A stretch of 46,454 bases of DNA from Actinomycetota bacterium (GTDB lineage: Bacteria > Actinomycetota > Actinomycetes > Actinomycetales > Kineosporiaceae). Every line of letters starts with the position of its first letter. Positions within the stretch are counted from its first letter, which is position 1. The notes under the pieces were generated by a model. That model did no database searches. It saw only the letters and a list, made by a program, of their open reading frames with translations, and was not told the origin of the DNA. The stretch is from assembly GCA_016213575.1 (NCBI GenBank), contig JACRAB010000448.1:1-46454 (forward strand). The letters run 5' to 3'. Below are positions 33,558 to 43,496 of the stretch, one piece after another. The translations under genes were made by a program, and so were the position numbers.

Positions 33558-35569
33558 GCGCCACCACCACCTCCCGCGGCCCGGCGGCGGGCGGCCCGGC
33601 CCGCGGTCCCGGCGGCCCGATGCGCGGCCCCGGCGGCGGGCACGGCCCGATGGGCGGCATGGGGATGCCGACGGAGAAGGCCCGGGACGCCGGGGCGACG
33701 GCCCGCCGGATGCTCGCGCGGCTGCGCCCCGAACGGATGCTCATCGGCCTCGTCATCGGCTCCGCGGTCGTCGCGCAGGCCTTCGCGGTCGCCGGCCCGA
33801 AGCTCCTCGGCAACGCGACGAACATCCTGTTCGCCGGCGTCGTCGGCCAGCAGCTGCCCGCGGGGGTGACCAAGGAGCAGGTCATCGAGCGGCTGCGCGC
33901 CGCGGGGGACACCACCCAGGCCGACATGCTCTCGGCGATGGACGTCGTCCCCGGCGTCGGCGTGGACTTCGGGGCGCTGCGCACCTCGCTGCTCGTCGTC
34001 GTCGCGGTCTACGTGCTGTCGTCGCTGTTCATGTGGGTCCAGCAGTACGTCATGGCGGGCGTGACGCAGCGGACGATCTTCGTGCTGCGCGAGGAGGTCG
34101 ACCTCAAGCTGGGCCGGCTCCCGCTGCGGTACTTCGACTCGCACCCGCGCGGCGACATCCTCTCGCGCGTCACGAACGACATCGACAACATCAGCCAGAC
34201 CCTCCAGCAGACGCTGACGCAGCTGATCACGAGCCTGTTCTCGGTGCTCGGCGTGCTCGTCATGATGGTCTGGATCAGCCCGCTGCTCGCGCTGATCTCG
34301 CTCGTCAGCGTGCCGTTGTCGATCGTCGTGACGATGCTCGTCGCGAAGCGCTCGCAGCCGCAGTTCGCGCTGCAGTGGAAGTGGACCGGCACGCTCAACG
34401 GCCACGTCGAGGAGACGTACTCGGGGCACGACCTCGTCAAGGTCTTCGGCCGCAGCGACGCCTCGCTCGAGACGTTCGACGCCGCGAACGAGGAGATGTA
34501 CAAGGCCTCGTTCAAGGCCCAGTTCGTCAGCGGGATCATCATGCCCGCGATGAACATCATCGGGAACCTGTCGTACGTTGGGATCGCCGTCCTCGGCGGG
34601 CTGCGGGTGGCGTCCGGCGCGATGTCGCTGGGCGACGTCCAGGCGTTCATCCAGTACTCGCGCCAGTTCACGATGCCGATCACCCAGCTGGCGAGCATCA
34701 CGAACGTCGTCCAGTCCGGCCTGGCGTCGGCGGAGCGCGTCTTCGAGCTCCTCGACGAGGCCGAGGAGGAGCCGGACGACCCGGAGCCCGTCGTCCTGCC
34801 GACGCCGAGCGGGCACGTCGTCTTCGACCGGATCTCGTTCCGCTACGAGGCCGACAAGCCGCTCATCGAGGACCTCTCCCTCGAGGCGCTGCCGGGCCAG
34901 ACGGTCGCGATCGTCGGCCCGACCGGGGCCGGCAAGACGACGCTCGTCAACCTGCTCATGCGGTTCTACGAGCTGGACGGCGGCCGGATCACCCTGGACG
35001 GCGTGGACGTCCGCCGGCTGACCCGCGACGACCTGCGGCGCTCCTTCGGCATGGTCCTGCAGGACGCCTGGCTCTTCGGCGGCACGATCCACGACAACAT
35101 CGCGTACGGCGCGACGGACCCGACGCACGAGCAGGTGCTCGAGGCGGCCCGGGCGGCGCACGTCGACCACTTCGTCCGGACGCTCCCGAACGGCTACGAC
35201 ACTGTCCTCGACGACGACGCGAGCAACGTCAGCGCGGGGGAGCGGCAGCTCCTGACGATCGCCCGGGCGTTCCTCGCGGACCCGTCGATCCTCATCCTCG
35301 ACGAGGCGACGAGCTCGGTGGACACCCGCACCGAGGTGCTCATCCAGGAGGCGATGAACCGGCTGCGGCACGGCCGGACGAGCTTCGTCATCGCGCACCG
35401 GCTCTCGACGATCCGCGGCGCCGACACGATCCTCGTGCTCGAGTCCGGCAAGGTCGTCGAGCAGGGCGACCATGAGACGCTGCTCGCCCGCGGCGGGGTC
35501 TACGCCGACCTCTACCGCAGCCAGTTCGCGCGCAGCGGCGCCGACGACGGCGAGCCGGGCCCGGGCTGA
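33554..35569 (+). CDS. ABC exporter fused permease/ATPase, heterodimer subunit 2
   Basis: GPTGAGKT, VSAGERQ, ILDEATS, IAHRLST; GTGA overlap with subunit 1. Confidence 0.95.
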   Translation: MSATTTSRGPAAGGPARGPGGPMRGPGGGHGPMGGMGMPTEKARDAGATARRMLARLRPERMLIGLVIGSAVVAQAFAVAGPKLLGNATNILFAGVVGQQLPAGVTKEQVIERLRAAGDTTQADMLSAMDVVPGVGVDFGALRTSLLVVVAVYVLSSLFMWVQQYVMAGVTQRTIFVLREEVDLKLGRLPLRYFDSHPRGDILSRVTNDIDNISQTLQQTLTQLITSLFSVLGVLVMMVWISPLLALISLVSVPLSIVVTMLVAKRSQPQFALQWKWTGTLNGHVEETYSGHDLVKVFGRSDASLETFDAANEEMYKASFKAQFVSGIIMPAMNIIGNLSYVGIAVLGGLRVASGAMSLGDVQAFIQYSRQFTMPITQLASITNVVQSGLASAERVFELLDEAEEEPDDPEPVVLPTPSGHVVFDRISFRYEADKPLIEDLSLEALPGQTVAIVGPTGAGKTTLVNLLMRFYELDGGRITLDGVDVRRLTRDDLRRSFGMVLQDAWLFGGTIHDNIAYGATDPTHEQVLEAARAAHVDHFVRTLPNGYDTVLDDDASNVSAGERQLLTIARAFLADPSILILDEATSSVDTRTEVLIQEAMNRLRHGRTSFVIAHRLSTIRGADTILVLESGKVVEQGDHETLLARGGVYADLYRSQFARSGADDGEPGPG

Positions 35570-35575
35570 CCGGGG

Positions 35576-35609
35576 GCCGGCCCCTGCCGGTCGCGCGACA
35601 GGGGCCGGC
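35576..35609 (+). terminator. Hairpin after the ABC operon
   Basis: GCCGGCCCCTG-N12-CAGGGGCCGGC, perfect 11-bp stem. Confidence 0.6.
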
Positions 35610-35698
35610 GTCACACGCGCCGTCAAACACCGGCCCGGTGCGATGGGTCCACCAGCCCCGCCGACCAGCGGCGGGGCGCGCACGACAGGACCCGTCGA

Positions 35699-35950
35699 AT
35701 GGCACTGTTCATGGACATCCACACGATCGAGGGCGGCGTCAGCGGCTCCGACGTCGCCGGCGCGCACGCGGCGGACCTCGCCACCCAGGACGCGCACGGC
35801 GTCCGGTACCTGAAGTACTGGGTCGACGAGGAGGCCGGGAAGATCTTCTGCCTGGTCGACGCGCCGTCGGCCGACGCGGCCAACGAGGTCCACCGGCAGG
35901 CGCACGGTCTCGTCGCCGACGAGATCTTCCCGGTCAGCGAGCACGCGTGA
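35699..35950 (+). CDS. DUF4242 / SCO4226-family small (nickel-binding) protein
   Basis: LFMDIH..AHAADL..HGVRYLKYWVDEEAGKIFCLVDAP..VHRQAHGLVADEIFPV. Confidence 0.88.
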   Translation: MALFMDIHTIEGGVSGSDVAGAHAADLATQDAHGVRYLKYWVDEEAGKIFCLVDAPSADAANEVHRQAHGLVADEIFPVSEHA

Positions 35951-36008
35951 CCTTCGGCGCCGGCGGGTACCGTGCACACGTCCGGACCCGCCGGCGCCGG
36001 GGGCCTGC

Positions 36009-37832
36009 GTGAACCTCACCGTCAAGCTGCTGGGCCGCCCCGCCCTCCTGCGCGGCACCGGGCCGGGCTACCAGTTCCGCAGCCGCAAGAGCTGGGCCGT
36101 CCTGGCCTACCTGCTGCGGGCCGAGCGACCGCCGAGCCGCAGCCAGCTGTCCGCGCTGCTCTTCCCGGACGCCGACGACCCGGCGCGCGCCCTGCGCTGG
36201 AGCCTCGCGGAGGTCCGGCGGGGCCTCGGGCCCGGCACGGTGCTCGAGGGCGACCCGCTCGTCCTGCGGCTCCCGCCGGGCACGGTCGTCGACCTCGACG
36301 TCGTCACCCGAGGGGCGTGGCCGGACGCCGTCGCGGCGGTCGACGTGGAGGCGGAGCTGCTCGAGGGCCTCGCCGTCCGTGGCTCCGCGGCCTTCGACAC
36401 CTGGCTGCTCGGGCAGCGCCGGCACGCGGCAGCGGCCTGCGAGGCGGCGCTGCACGAGGCGGCGCTCGGGGCGATGTCCGCCGGTGACCTCGCCGGCGCG
36501 ACCTCGTACGCCGTCCGGCTCGTCGCGCGGGAGCCGCTCGACGAGAACCACCAGGCCCTGCTCATCCGGCTGTACCGGACGGCGGGCGACGACGAGGCCG
36601 CCCGGGCACAGCTCGAGACCTGCACGGCGCTGCTGGCCGGCGAGCTCGGGGTCGAGCCCGGGCCGGTCGTCATGGCCGCGATGCGCCAGCCGCCGCAGGG
36701 ACCTCCCGGCGACACCGACGAGGCGGACGTCGACGCGCTCGTCGAGGCCGGGGTGGCGGCCGTCTCCGCGGGCGTCGTCGACGCCGGCATCGCCTCGCTG
36801 CGGACCGCGGCCCGGTTCGCCGACGCCGGGGGCCTCACCGGGCTGCGGATCCGGGCCCGGATCGCCCTCGGCGAGGCGCTCGTGCACGCCACCCGCGGGC
36901 TCGACGAGGACGGCCTCGCCGCCCTCCACGAGGCGGACCGGATCGCCGTCGACGCCGGCCGCACCGAGGCCGCCGCCCAGGCGCGCGCCGAGCTGGGGTA
37001 CGTCGACTTCCTGCGCGCCCGGTACGACCGCGCCGAGCGGTACCTCGCGGACGCGCTCGCGCTCGCCGGGACGTCCCCCGCCGTGGCGGCGAAGGCCACG
37101 ACCTACCTCGGGTCGGTGGCCGCGGACCGCGCCGACTACCCGCGGGCGCTCGCCCTGCTGCCCGAGGCGGTGCGGCTGGCCCGCCTCGCCGGGGAGCCGC
37201 GCCGCGAGGCCTACGCCCTGTCGATGCTCGGCCGGCTGCACCTGCTGCGCGGGGACCGGGACGAGGCCGCCCGGCTCCTCGACGAGGCCGTCGCGCTGGC
37301 GACCGCCGAGCACTGGCTGTCGTTCCTGCCGTGGCCGCAGGCGATCCGCGGCGAGGTCCAGCTGCGGCGCGGCGACGCGGACGGCGCCGCGGAGCTGCTC
37401 CGGCAGGCCTTCGCGCGGGCCTGCCGGCTCGGGGACCCCTGCTGGGAGGGCATCTCCGGTCGTGGGCTCGCGCTCGTCGCCGAGGCCACGGGGGACGTGG
37501 ACCTCGCCTTCGGGCTCCTCACGGACGCCGCGGCCCGCTGCGTCCGGCTCGCCGACCCGTACGTGTGGCTCGAGGCGTACATCCGCGACGCGCAGTGCGA
37601 GCTCGGGGTCCGGCACGGGCACCCGGCGGTGACGGTCTGGGAGGGGCGGCTGCGGGACCTGGCCTCCCGGGCCGGGATGCGCGAGCTCGTCGTCCGCTCG
37701 CTGCTCCACGGTGCCGCGCTCGGCCGCCCGGGCGACCTGGAGAGCGCGGTCCTGCTCGCCGCGGACCTGGACAACCCGGCGCTCGCCGCCGAGCTCGACC
37801 GGTCCGCCACGAGGCGGACATACGGCGCGTAG
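36009..37832 (+). CDS. SARP/BTAD-type transcriptional regulator with TPR repeats
   Basis: VKLLGRP..RSRKSWAVLAYL..SRSQL..LFP..LRWSL; LLEGL..FDTWL; EPLDE..LIRLY..ELGVEPGP; then helical repeats. Confidence 0.85.
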   Translation: MNLTVKLLGRPALLRGTGPGYQFRSRKSWAVLAYLLRAERPPSRSQLSALLFPDADDPARALRWSLAEVRRGLGPGTVLEGDPLVLRLPPGTVVDLDVVTRGAWPDAVAAVDVEAELLEGLAVRGSAAFDTWLLGQRRHAAAACEAALHEAALGAMSAGDLAGATSYAVRLVAREPLDENHQALLIRLYRTAGDDEAARAQLETCTALLAGELGVEPGPVVMAAMRQPPQGPPGDTDEADVDALVEAGVAAVSAGVVDAGIASLRTAARFADAGGLTGLRIRARIALGEALVHATRGLDEDGLAALHEADRIAVDAGRTEAAAQARAELGYVDFLRARYDRAERYLADALALAGTSPAVAAKATTYLGSVAADRADYPRALALLPEAVRLARLAGEPRREAYALSMLGRLHLLRGDRDEAARLLDEAVALATAEHWLSFLPWPQAIRGEVQLRRGDADGAAELLRQAFARACRLGDPCWEGISGRGLALVAEATGDVDLAFGLLTDAAARCVRLADPYVWLEAYIRDAQCELGVRHGHPAVTVWEGRLRDLASRAGMRELVVRSLLHGAALGRPGDLESAVLLAADLDNPALAAELDRSATRRTYGA

Positions 37833-37955
37833 TACGACGTACCGGCTCCCGTCCCGCCCCCCATCGGGATGCTGTGCGGCCGTCGGCCTTCAGTCCCCCG
37901 GCTCCCCGAGCCGATCCCAGACGCAGGATCGGGACCGAACCGGGAGCTGGAAGCC

Positions 37956-38417
37956 GTGTTGTCGAAGCGAGGGGCCGCCGCGGCCCTGCTGTTCACCGCG
38001 CTCGTGCTGGGCGTCGCGGGGTGCTCCGGGCCGGCGGACGACGGGACGCACACCCCGGCGACGGCCTCCGCGACGGCGGCCCCGACCGCGACCGGGCCGG
38101 CCGTGCAGCCGATCGAGACCGCGACGCCGGTCGCGTTCGACCGTGACGCCGCGACGGCGAAGGCCCGCAACGAGATCGGCGAGCCGTGGCGGCTCGACGC
38201 CGCGGGGGCCACCGCGTGCGCCCGGGCCGAGTTCGCCTTCCGGTCCCCGGAGACCGGCGGCGACCTGACCGCCCAGCTGGAGCAGCTGCGCTCCGCCGTG
38301 AGGAAGACGAAGAGCACGGCCCTGCGGGAGGCCGTCACCGCGCTGCCCGCGGGCGCCGCCGCCACCGACGTCCGCAGCGTCCTGGAGGTCTGCACGGCGA
38401 TGGGGTACCAGCTGTGA
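37956..38417 (+). CDS. Putative lipoprotein
   Basis: Basic N-terminus, hydrophobic core and lipobox VAGC; Thr/Ala/Pro linker; GTGA overlap with the next gene. Confidence 0.72.
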   Translation: MLSKRGAAAALLFTALVLGVAGCSGPADDGTHTPATASATAAPTATGPAVQPIETATPVAFDRDAATAKARNEIGEPWRLDAAGATACARAEFAFRSPETGGDLTAQLEQLRSAVRKTKSTALREAVTALPAGAAATDVRSVLEVCTAMGYQL

Positions 38418-40405
38418 GCCGGCCGCTGGGCAGGGTCGCCCTCGCCGTCGCCGCCCTCGCCGTGGCGGGGCTGTCCGCCGCGGCGCCGACCGCCTCCGCC
38501 GCACCCGTCGCCGCACCCGTCGTCGCACCCGCCGCCCCGCCGCGCGCCGCGACCGTCGGCGTGGACCAGCCGGCGGTCGACCTGTCGACGCTGAGCATGA
38601 TCCCGACCGCGATGGCCGGCGTCCTCAACCCCGACCCGGCCCGCACCCAGACGTCGAGCATCGCCAGCTCCGTGTGGTCGGTCCGCCAGGCCGGCACGAA
38701 GATCTTCGTCGGCGGGATGTTCCTCGACGTCAAGGCGGACGCGGCGGCGACCGCCGTCCGGCAGCCGTTCCTCGCGGCGTTCGACGTCACGACCGGCGCC
38801 TGGGACTCCTCGTGCCGCCCCGCGCTGGACAACGCCGTCTACGCCCTCGCCGTCTCCCCGACGGGCTCGCTGCTCGTCGGTGGCGAGTTCACCACCGTGA
38901 ACGGTGCGGCCCGGCCCGGGCTCGTCGCCCTCGACCCCGCGACGTGCGCGGTCGACCCGACCTTCCCCGACACGGTCGAGCGGCCCTACTCGACCCAGCG
39001 GGCCGCCGTCCGCGACCTCGTCGTCGCCGACGGCAAGCTCTACCTGGCCGGCAACTTCTCCCGGGTCACCGGCCCGAACAGCACGCACACCGGGGTCTTC
39101 AAGGTGGCCCGGGTCGACGCGACGACCGGCAAGCTCGACACCACCTTCAAGCCCGAGGTCACGGGCTCGGGGGTCTGGGGGATCGCGGTCGACGTGCCGC
39201 GCAACCGGGTGCACCTCGGCGGCTGGTTCTCCGGCGTCGCCGCGGCCTCGGGGACGAGCAACTACGCCGTCGTCGACGGCACCACCGGCGCCCTCGCCAC
39301 CGGGCTGACCGCCCGCCCGCGCAACAACACCGCGCGGACGGAGGTCTACGACGTCGAGCTCGGGACCGCCGACCGGGTCTACGTCGGCGGCTCGGAGCAC
39401 CTCCTCCAGATGCTCGACGCCGGGACGGGCGACCAGCTCGCCTTCTCGCACACCGGGTACAACGGGTGCGAGGCGACCCGCTTCACGTGGTGCAACTACA
39501 TCGGCGCCGGCGGCGACTTCCAGGTCGCCGAGCGGATCGGGAAGTACGTCTTCGGCGGCTGCCACTGCAACGACGACTACGTCGGGACGAGCCCGACGCA
39601 CTACAGCTCGGTGACGAAGACGTTCACCAAGCACAAGCACCTCATGGCGTACGAGGCCGGCACCGAGACGCTCGTCGACTCCTTCCGGCCCGACGTCGAC
39701 GGCGCGGTCGAGGGGGCCTGGGCCGTCGGCAGCGACACGAACGGGTGCCTCTACGTCGGCGGCGACTACACCAAGGGCGGTGCCGCCGCCGGGCGCTCGA
39801 TGTGGGTCTCCGGCATCGCGAAGCTCTGCCCGAAGGCCGCCCCCAAGCCGGCCGGCGACACGACCGCGCCGACCGCGCCGAAGAACGTCGAGGCCGTCGA
39901 CCTCGGCGGCGGCGTGCTCCAGGTGCAGTGGACCGACTCCACCGACGCCGTCGGGGTCGACCACTACCGGGTCGCCGTGACCGGTGGCGCCTCGGTCGAC
40001 GCGGCCGCCGGGCCGGCGAAGGTCACGGGGGTCCCGGCGGGTACGGCGACCGTCACCGTGACCGCGCTGGACGCCGCGGGCAACGTCTCGGCGGGTGCCG
40101 CGGTGAGCATCGCCACCGGCAGGACGGGCGGCGACACCGCGTCCCCGACGGCCCCGACCGGCCTGGCGGTCTCCGCCGCGGCCGCCGGCGGCGCCGCGCT
40201 CACCTGGACGGCGAGCACCGATGCCGTGGGGGTCAAGAGCTACCTCGTCTACCGCGACGGCACGTACGTCGGCTGGTCGGCCACCCCGGCCTGGACGGAC
40301 TCCGCCGCCCCGGCGGGCAGCGCGCTGACGTACACGGTGCGGGCCACCGACGCCGCGGGGAACCGGAGCGTCAAGTCGGCGCCGGTGACGGTGACCCTCA
40401 AGTAG
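38414..40405 (+). CDS. Secreted beta-propeller-repeat protein with two fibronectin type III domains
   Basis: Signal peptide; repeated VGGxF..lA.D..TG units; DTTAPTAP..W..STDAVGV..Y..V.A.DAAGN.S twice. Confidence 0.85.
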   Translation: MSRPLGRVALAVAALAVAGLSAAAPTASAAPVAAPVVAPAAPPRAATVGVDQPAVDLSTLSMIPTAMAGVLNPDPARTQTSSIASSVWSVRQAGTKIFVGGMFLDVKADAAATAVRQPFLAAFDVTTGAWDSSCRPALDNAVYALAVSPTGSLLVGGEFTTVNGAARPGLVALDPATCAVDPTFPDTVERPYSTQRAAVRDLVVADGKLYLAGNFSRVTGPNSTHTGVFKVARVDATTGKLDTTFKPEVTGSGVWGIAVDVPRNRVHLGGWFSGVAAASGTSNYAVVDGTTGALATGLTARPRNNTARTEVYDVELGTADRVYVGGSEHLLQMLDAGTGDQLAFSHTGYNGCEATRFTWCNYIGAGGDFQVAERIGKYVFGGCHCNDDYVGTSPTHYSSVTKTFTKHKHLMAYEAGTETLVDSFRPDVDGAVEGAWAVGSDTNGCLYVGGDYTKGGAAAGRSMWVSGIAKLCPKAAPKPAGDTTAPTAPKNVEAVDLGGGVLQVQWTDSTDAVGVDHYRVAVTGGASVDAAAGPAKVTGVPAGTATVTVTALDAAGNVSAGAAVSIATGRTGGDTASPTAPTGLAVSAAAAGGAALTWTASTDAVGVKSYLVYRDGTYVGWSATPAWTDSAAPAGSALTYTVRATDAAGNRSVKSAPVTVTLK

Positions 40406-40424
40406 CCGTGCCACGATCGGTCCC

Positions 40425-41036
40425 GTGACGGACCACGCCGCGGTCGAGGTGCCCCGGCCACCGGTCCCCGCCCGTGCCGTCCGGGCCCGGGCGGCGGCGG
40501 ACGCCGCCGGCTTCGCGTGGAGCTGCAGCGACGCGACCGGCCGGCTGCTCGCGACGGTGGCGGCCGCCAAGCCGGGCGGCCGGATCGGGGAGTCGGGCAC
40601 GGGGTACGGGGTCGGTGCCGCCTGGTTGCACAGCGGCATGGGTCCGGCCGGGACGGCCGGGCAGTCCCCGGCCGGAACGCGGGTGACGGTCGAGCGCGAG
40701 CCGGAGCGGGCCCGGTCCGCCGCCGCGCTGTTCGCGGACGACGCCCGGGTCCGGGTGCTCACGGGCGACTGGCGGCTGCTCGGCGACCACGGGCCCTTCG
40801 ACGTCCTCTTCTGCGACGGCGGCGGCAAGCGGGACGACCCGGACGCCGTCGTGGACCTGCTCGCCCCCGGCGGCGTCCTCGTGCTCGACGACCTCACCCC
40901 GACCGACGACTGGCCGCCGTTGTTCGAGGGCCAGGTCGACGCGCTGCGGGTGCGCTACCTGACCCACCCGGCGCTCGTCGCCGTCCCGCTCGCCGTGACC
41001 GCCGCCGAGGGGGTCGTCGTCGCCGTCCGGCGCTGA
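40425..41036 (+). CDS. Class I SAM-dependent (O-)methyltransferase
   Basis: GESGTGYGVG, VTVER, GDW, PFDVLFCDG, LLAPGGVLVLDD. Confidence 0.85.
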   Translation: MTDHAAVEVPRPPVPARAVRARAAADAAGFAWSCSDATGRLLATVAAAKPGGRIGESGTGYGVGAAWLHSGMGPAGTAGQSPAGTRVTVEREPERARSAAALFADDARVRVLTGDWRLLGDHGPFDVLFCDGGGKRDDPDAVVDLLAPGGVLVLDDLTPTDDWPPLFEGQVDALRVRYLTHPALVAVPLAVTAAEGVVVAVRR

Positions 41037-41043
41037 CCGCAGG

Positions 41044-42090
41044 TCAGCCGTTGAGCGCCGGCAGCACGGCGACGTAGGCGGCGACGAGCACCGCGCCCTC
41101 GACCCGTGTGACGCGGTACCGGCGCCACATGAAGAGCATCGACAGCACCCCTGCGCCCATCATGACGAGCGAGCCGGTGACGACGAGCGCGTCCCCGCCC
41201 GGTCGGCCCGGGGCGAGCAGCGCGACGAGCGCGCCGACCGTCAGTGCGTTGAAGATGTTGGAGCCCAGGAGATTGCCGACGACGAGGTCGCTCTCGCCGC
41301 GCCGCGCGGCCTGGGCCGCGGTGAGCAGCTCGGGCAGCGAGGTCCCCACGGCGACGATCGTCACGCCGACGAACCCGCCGGACAGCCCGGTCGCGCTCGC
41401 GATGCCGAGCGCGCCGCGGACGAGCAGCTCCGCACCGGCGAGGGTGCCGACGAGCCCGCCGAGCGTCCGCCAGACCTCGCGGCGGAGCCGGACCTGCTGC
41501 GGCGGGGCGGCAGGTCCCCCTGACCCGGTCGCGTCGTCCGGGTCGGCCAGCATCTCGAGCACCTCCTCGGCGAGCTCGGGGTCGGGGCCGGCCGGTTCGA
41601 GCACGGAGGGCACGAGGTTGGTGTCGTCCGCCGCGCGCCGGTCGCGCGCCGTCCACCGCAGCAGCAACGCCAGCGACGCGGCCATCGCCAGGGCGAGCAG
41701 GACGCCGTCCCGACGGGTCAGGCCGTTCTGCAGGAGCAGCGCGAAGAGCCCCGACGCGGCCAGGCTCAGCGGGACCTCGCGGCGGACGACCGTCGACCGG
41801 ACACCGATCGAGGCGACGAGCGCGGCGACCCCGAGGACCAGGGTGAGGTTGGCGAGGTTCGAGCCGATGACGTTGCCGACCCCCACGTCCGCCGCGCCAC
41901 CGCCCGCCGCGAGCCCGGAGACGAGCATCTCCGGCGTCGAGGTCCCGAAGCCGATGACGACGACGCCGACCACCAGCGTCGGGACACCGAGCCGGGCAGC
42001 GACCCGGGAGGCCCCGAGCACGAGGTGGTCGGCGGACCAGGCCAGCAGGGCGAGCCCGACGAGCACGGCCAGGAGGAGGGCGGGGTTCAC
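41044..42090 (-). CDS. Calcium/sodium antiporter (CaCA, YrbG-like)
   Basis: Two alpha repeats GTSTPE..GNVIGSN and GTSLPE..GNLLGSNIFN; about 10 TM. Confidence 0.93.
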   Translation of the reverse strand: MNPALLLAVLVGLALLAWSADHLVLGASRVAARLGVPTLVVGVVVIGFGTSTPEMLVSGLAAGGGAADVGVGNVIGSNLANLTLVLGVAALVASIGVRSTVVRREVPLSLAASGLFALLLQNGLTRRDGVLLALAMAASLALLLRWTARDRRAADDTNLVPSVLEPAGPDPELAEEVLEMLADPDDATGSGGPAAPPQQVRLRREVWRTLGGLVGTLAGAELLVRGALGIASATGLSGGFVGVTIVAVGTSLPELLTAAQAARRGESDLVVGNLLGSNIFNALTVGALVALLAPGRPGGDALVVTGSLVMMGAGVLSMLFMWRRYRVTRVEGAVLVAAYVAVLPALNG

Positions 42091-42163
42091 GCGCCGAGGC
42101 TAGGGTGCGCGGGAGCCGGGGGACAGTGTTCGCCCCGGCGGCGGACGCGAGGAGGCGGCACGC

Positions 42164-43420
42164 ATGGCGGCTCAGCGGGCGGACGGGAGCGTGCCGGGCC
42201 GGGTGCCGGTGGAACGCCGGCTGCCCCGGTGGGCCGAGGTGCGGCCGCTGCTGCGGCTGCGCCCGCCGACCCTGGACCGGACGGCCGCCCGGCTCGCGGC
42301 CGCGGCGTCCGTGGCCGACGTCCGGATGCTCGCCTGGCGCCGGACCCCGCGGGCGGTCTTCGACTACACCGACGGGGCGGCCGGCACCGAGGCGGCGCTG
42401 CGGCGCTCGCGCGGCGCCTTCGCCCGGGTCGAGCTGCGGCCGCGGGTGCTCCGCGACGTCTCCGAGGTCGACCTCACGACGACGGTGCTCGGGGCGCCGG
42501 CCGCGGCCCCGTTCGCCTTCGCCCCCACCGGGTTCACCCGGATGATGCACCACGAGGGCGAGCCGGCGGTCGCCCGCGTCGCCGAGCGCGAGGGGCTCGT
42601 CTACGCGCTCTCGACGATGGGGACGACCTCGCTCGAGGCGCTCGCCGAGGCCGCGCCGTCCGGGCGGCGCTGGTTCCAGCTCTACCTGTGGCGCGACCGG
42701 GAGGCGAGCGCGGACTTCGTCCGGCGGGCGCACGCGAGCGGCTACGAGGCGCTCGTCCTCACCGTCGACACCCCGGTCGGCGGGCCCCGGCTGCGGGACG
42801 TCCGCAACGGCCTGACCATCCCGCCGTCGCTGACGCTGAAGACGTTGGCAGACATGGCGATCCACCCCGCCTGGTGGGCGAACCTGCTCACGACGCCGCC
42901 GCTGGAGTTCGCGAGCTTCCGGTCCTCCGGCGGCACCGTGAGCGACCTCGCGTCCCGGATCTTCGACCCCACCGCGACCGTCGCCGACGTCGCCTGGCTG
43001 CGCAGCACGTGGCCCGGCAAGCTCGTCGTCAAGGGCGTCCAGTGCGCGGACGACGCCCGGGCCGTCGTCGACGCGGGGGCGGACGGCGTCGTCGTCTCCA
43101 ACCACGGCGGCCGCCAGCTCGACCGCGCCCCGGTGCCGCTGGAGGTGCTGCCCGAGGTCGTCGCCGCGGTCGGCGACCGGGCCGAGGTCTACCTCGACGG
43201 CGGGGTGCTCTCCGGGGCGGACGTCGTCGCGGGCATCGCCTCCGGCGCGAACGCCGTGCTCGTCGGCCGGGCCTACCTCTACGGGCTCATGGCCGGCGGC
43301 GAGCGCGGCGTCCAGCGGGTGCACGACATCCTGCGCGCCGAGGTGCGGCACACCATGCAGCTGCTCGGGGTGACCCGGGTCGCCGACCTCGGGCCGGAGC
43401 ACGTCCGCCTGCGCGCGTGA
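42164..43420 (+). CDS. FMN-dependent alpha-hydroxy acid oxidase (LldD-like)
   Basis: VFDYTDG, APTG, WFQLY, LTVD, VVKG, SNHGGRQLD, DGG..SGAD, GRAYLYGL. Confidence 0.93.
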   Translation: MAAQRADGSVPGRVPVERRLPRWAEVRPLLRLRPPTLDRTAARLAAAASVADVRMLAWRRTPRAVFDYTDGAAGTEAALRRSRGAFARVELRPRVLRDVSEVDLTTTVLGAPAAAPFAFAPTGFTRMMHHEGEPAVARVAEREGLVYALSTMGTTSLEALAEAAPSGRRWFQLYLWRDREASADFVRRAHASGYEALVLTVDTPVGGPRLRDVRNGLTIPPSLTLKTLADMAIHPAWWANLLTTPPLEFASFRSSGGTVSDLASRIFDPTATVADVAWLRSTWPGKLVVKGVQCADDARAVVDAGADGVVVSNHGGRQLDRAPVPLEVLPEVVAAVGDRAEVYLDGGVLSGADVVAGIASGANAVLVGRAYLYGLMAGGERGVQRVHDILRAEVRHTMQLLGVTRVADLGPEHVRLRA

Positions 43421-43496
43421 CCCGACCGGGCCAATCCGCGCGGGCCGACCCGGCGGGCCGTTGGCCCGGGGGTCGCCGCACCCCTAGATTTCGCGC

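Noticed and set aside
31827-35569. Degenerate Walker B, switch and signature motifs in the ABC pair
   Set aside because: Expected asymmetry of heterodimeric exporters (TM287/288 type), not novelty or decay.
37211-40897. 1228-aa minus-strand ORF
   Set aside because: Antisense shadow across several supported plus-strand genes.
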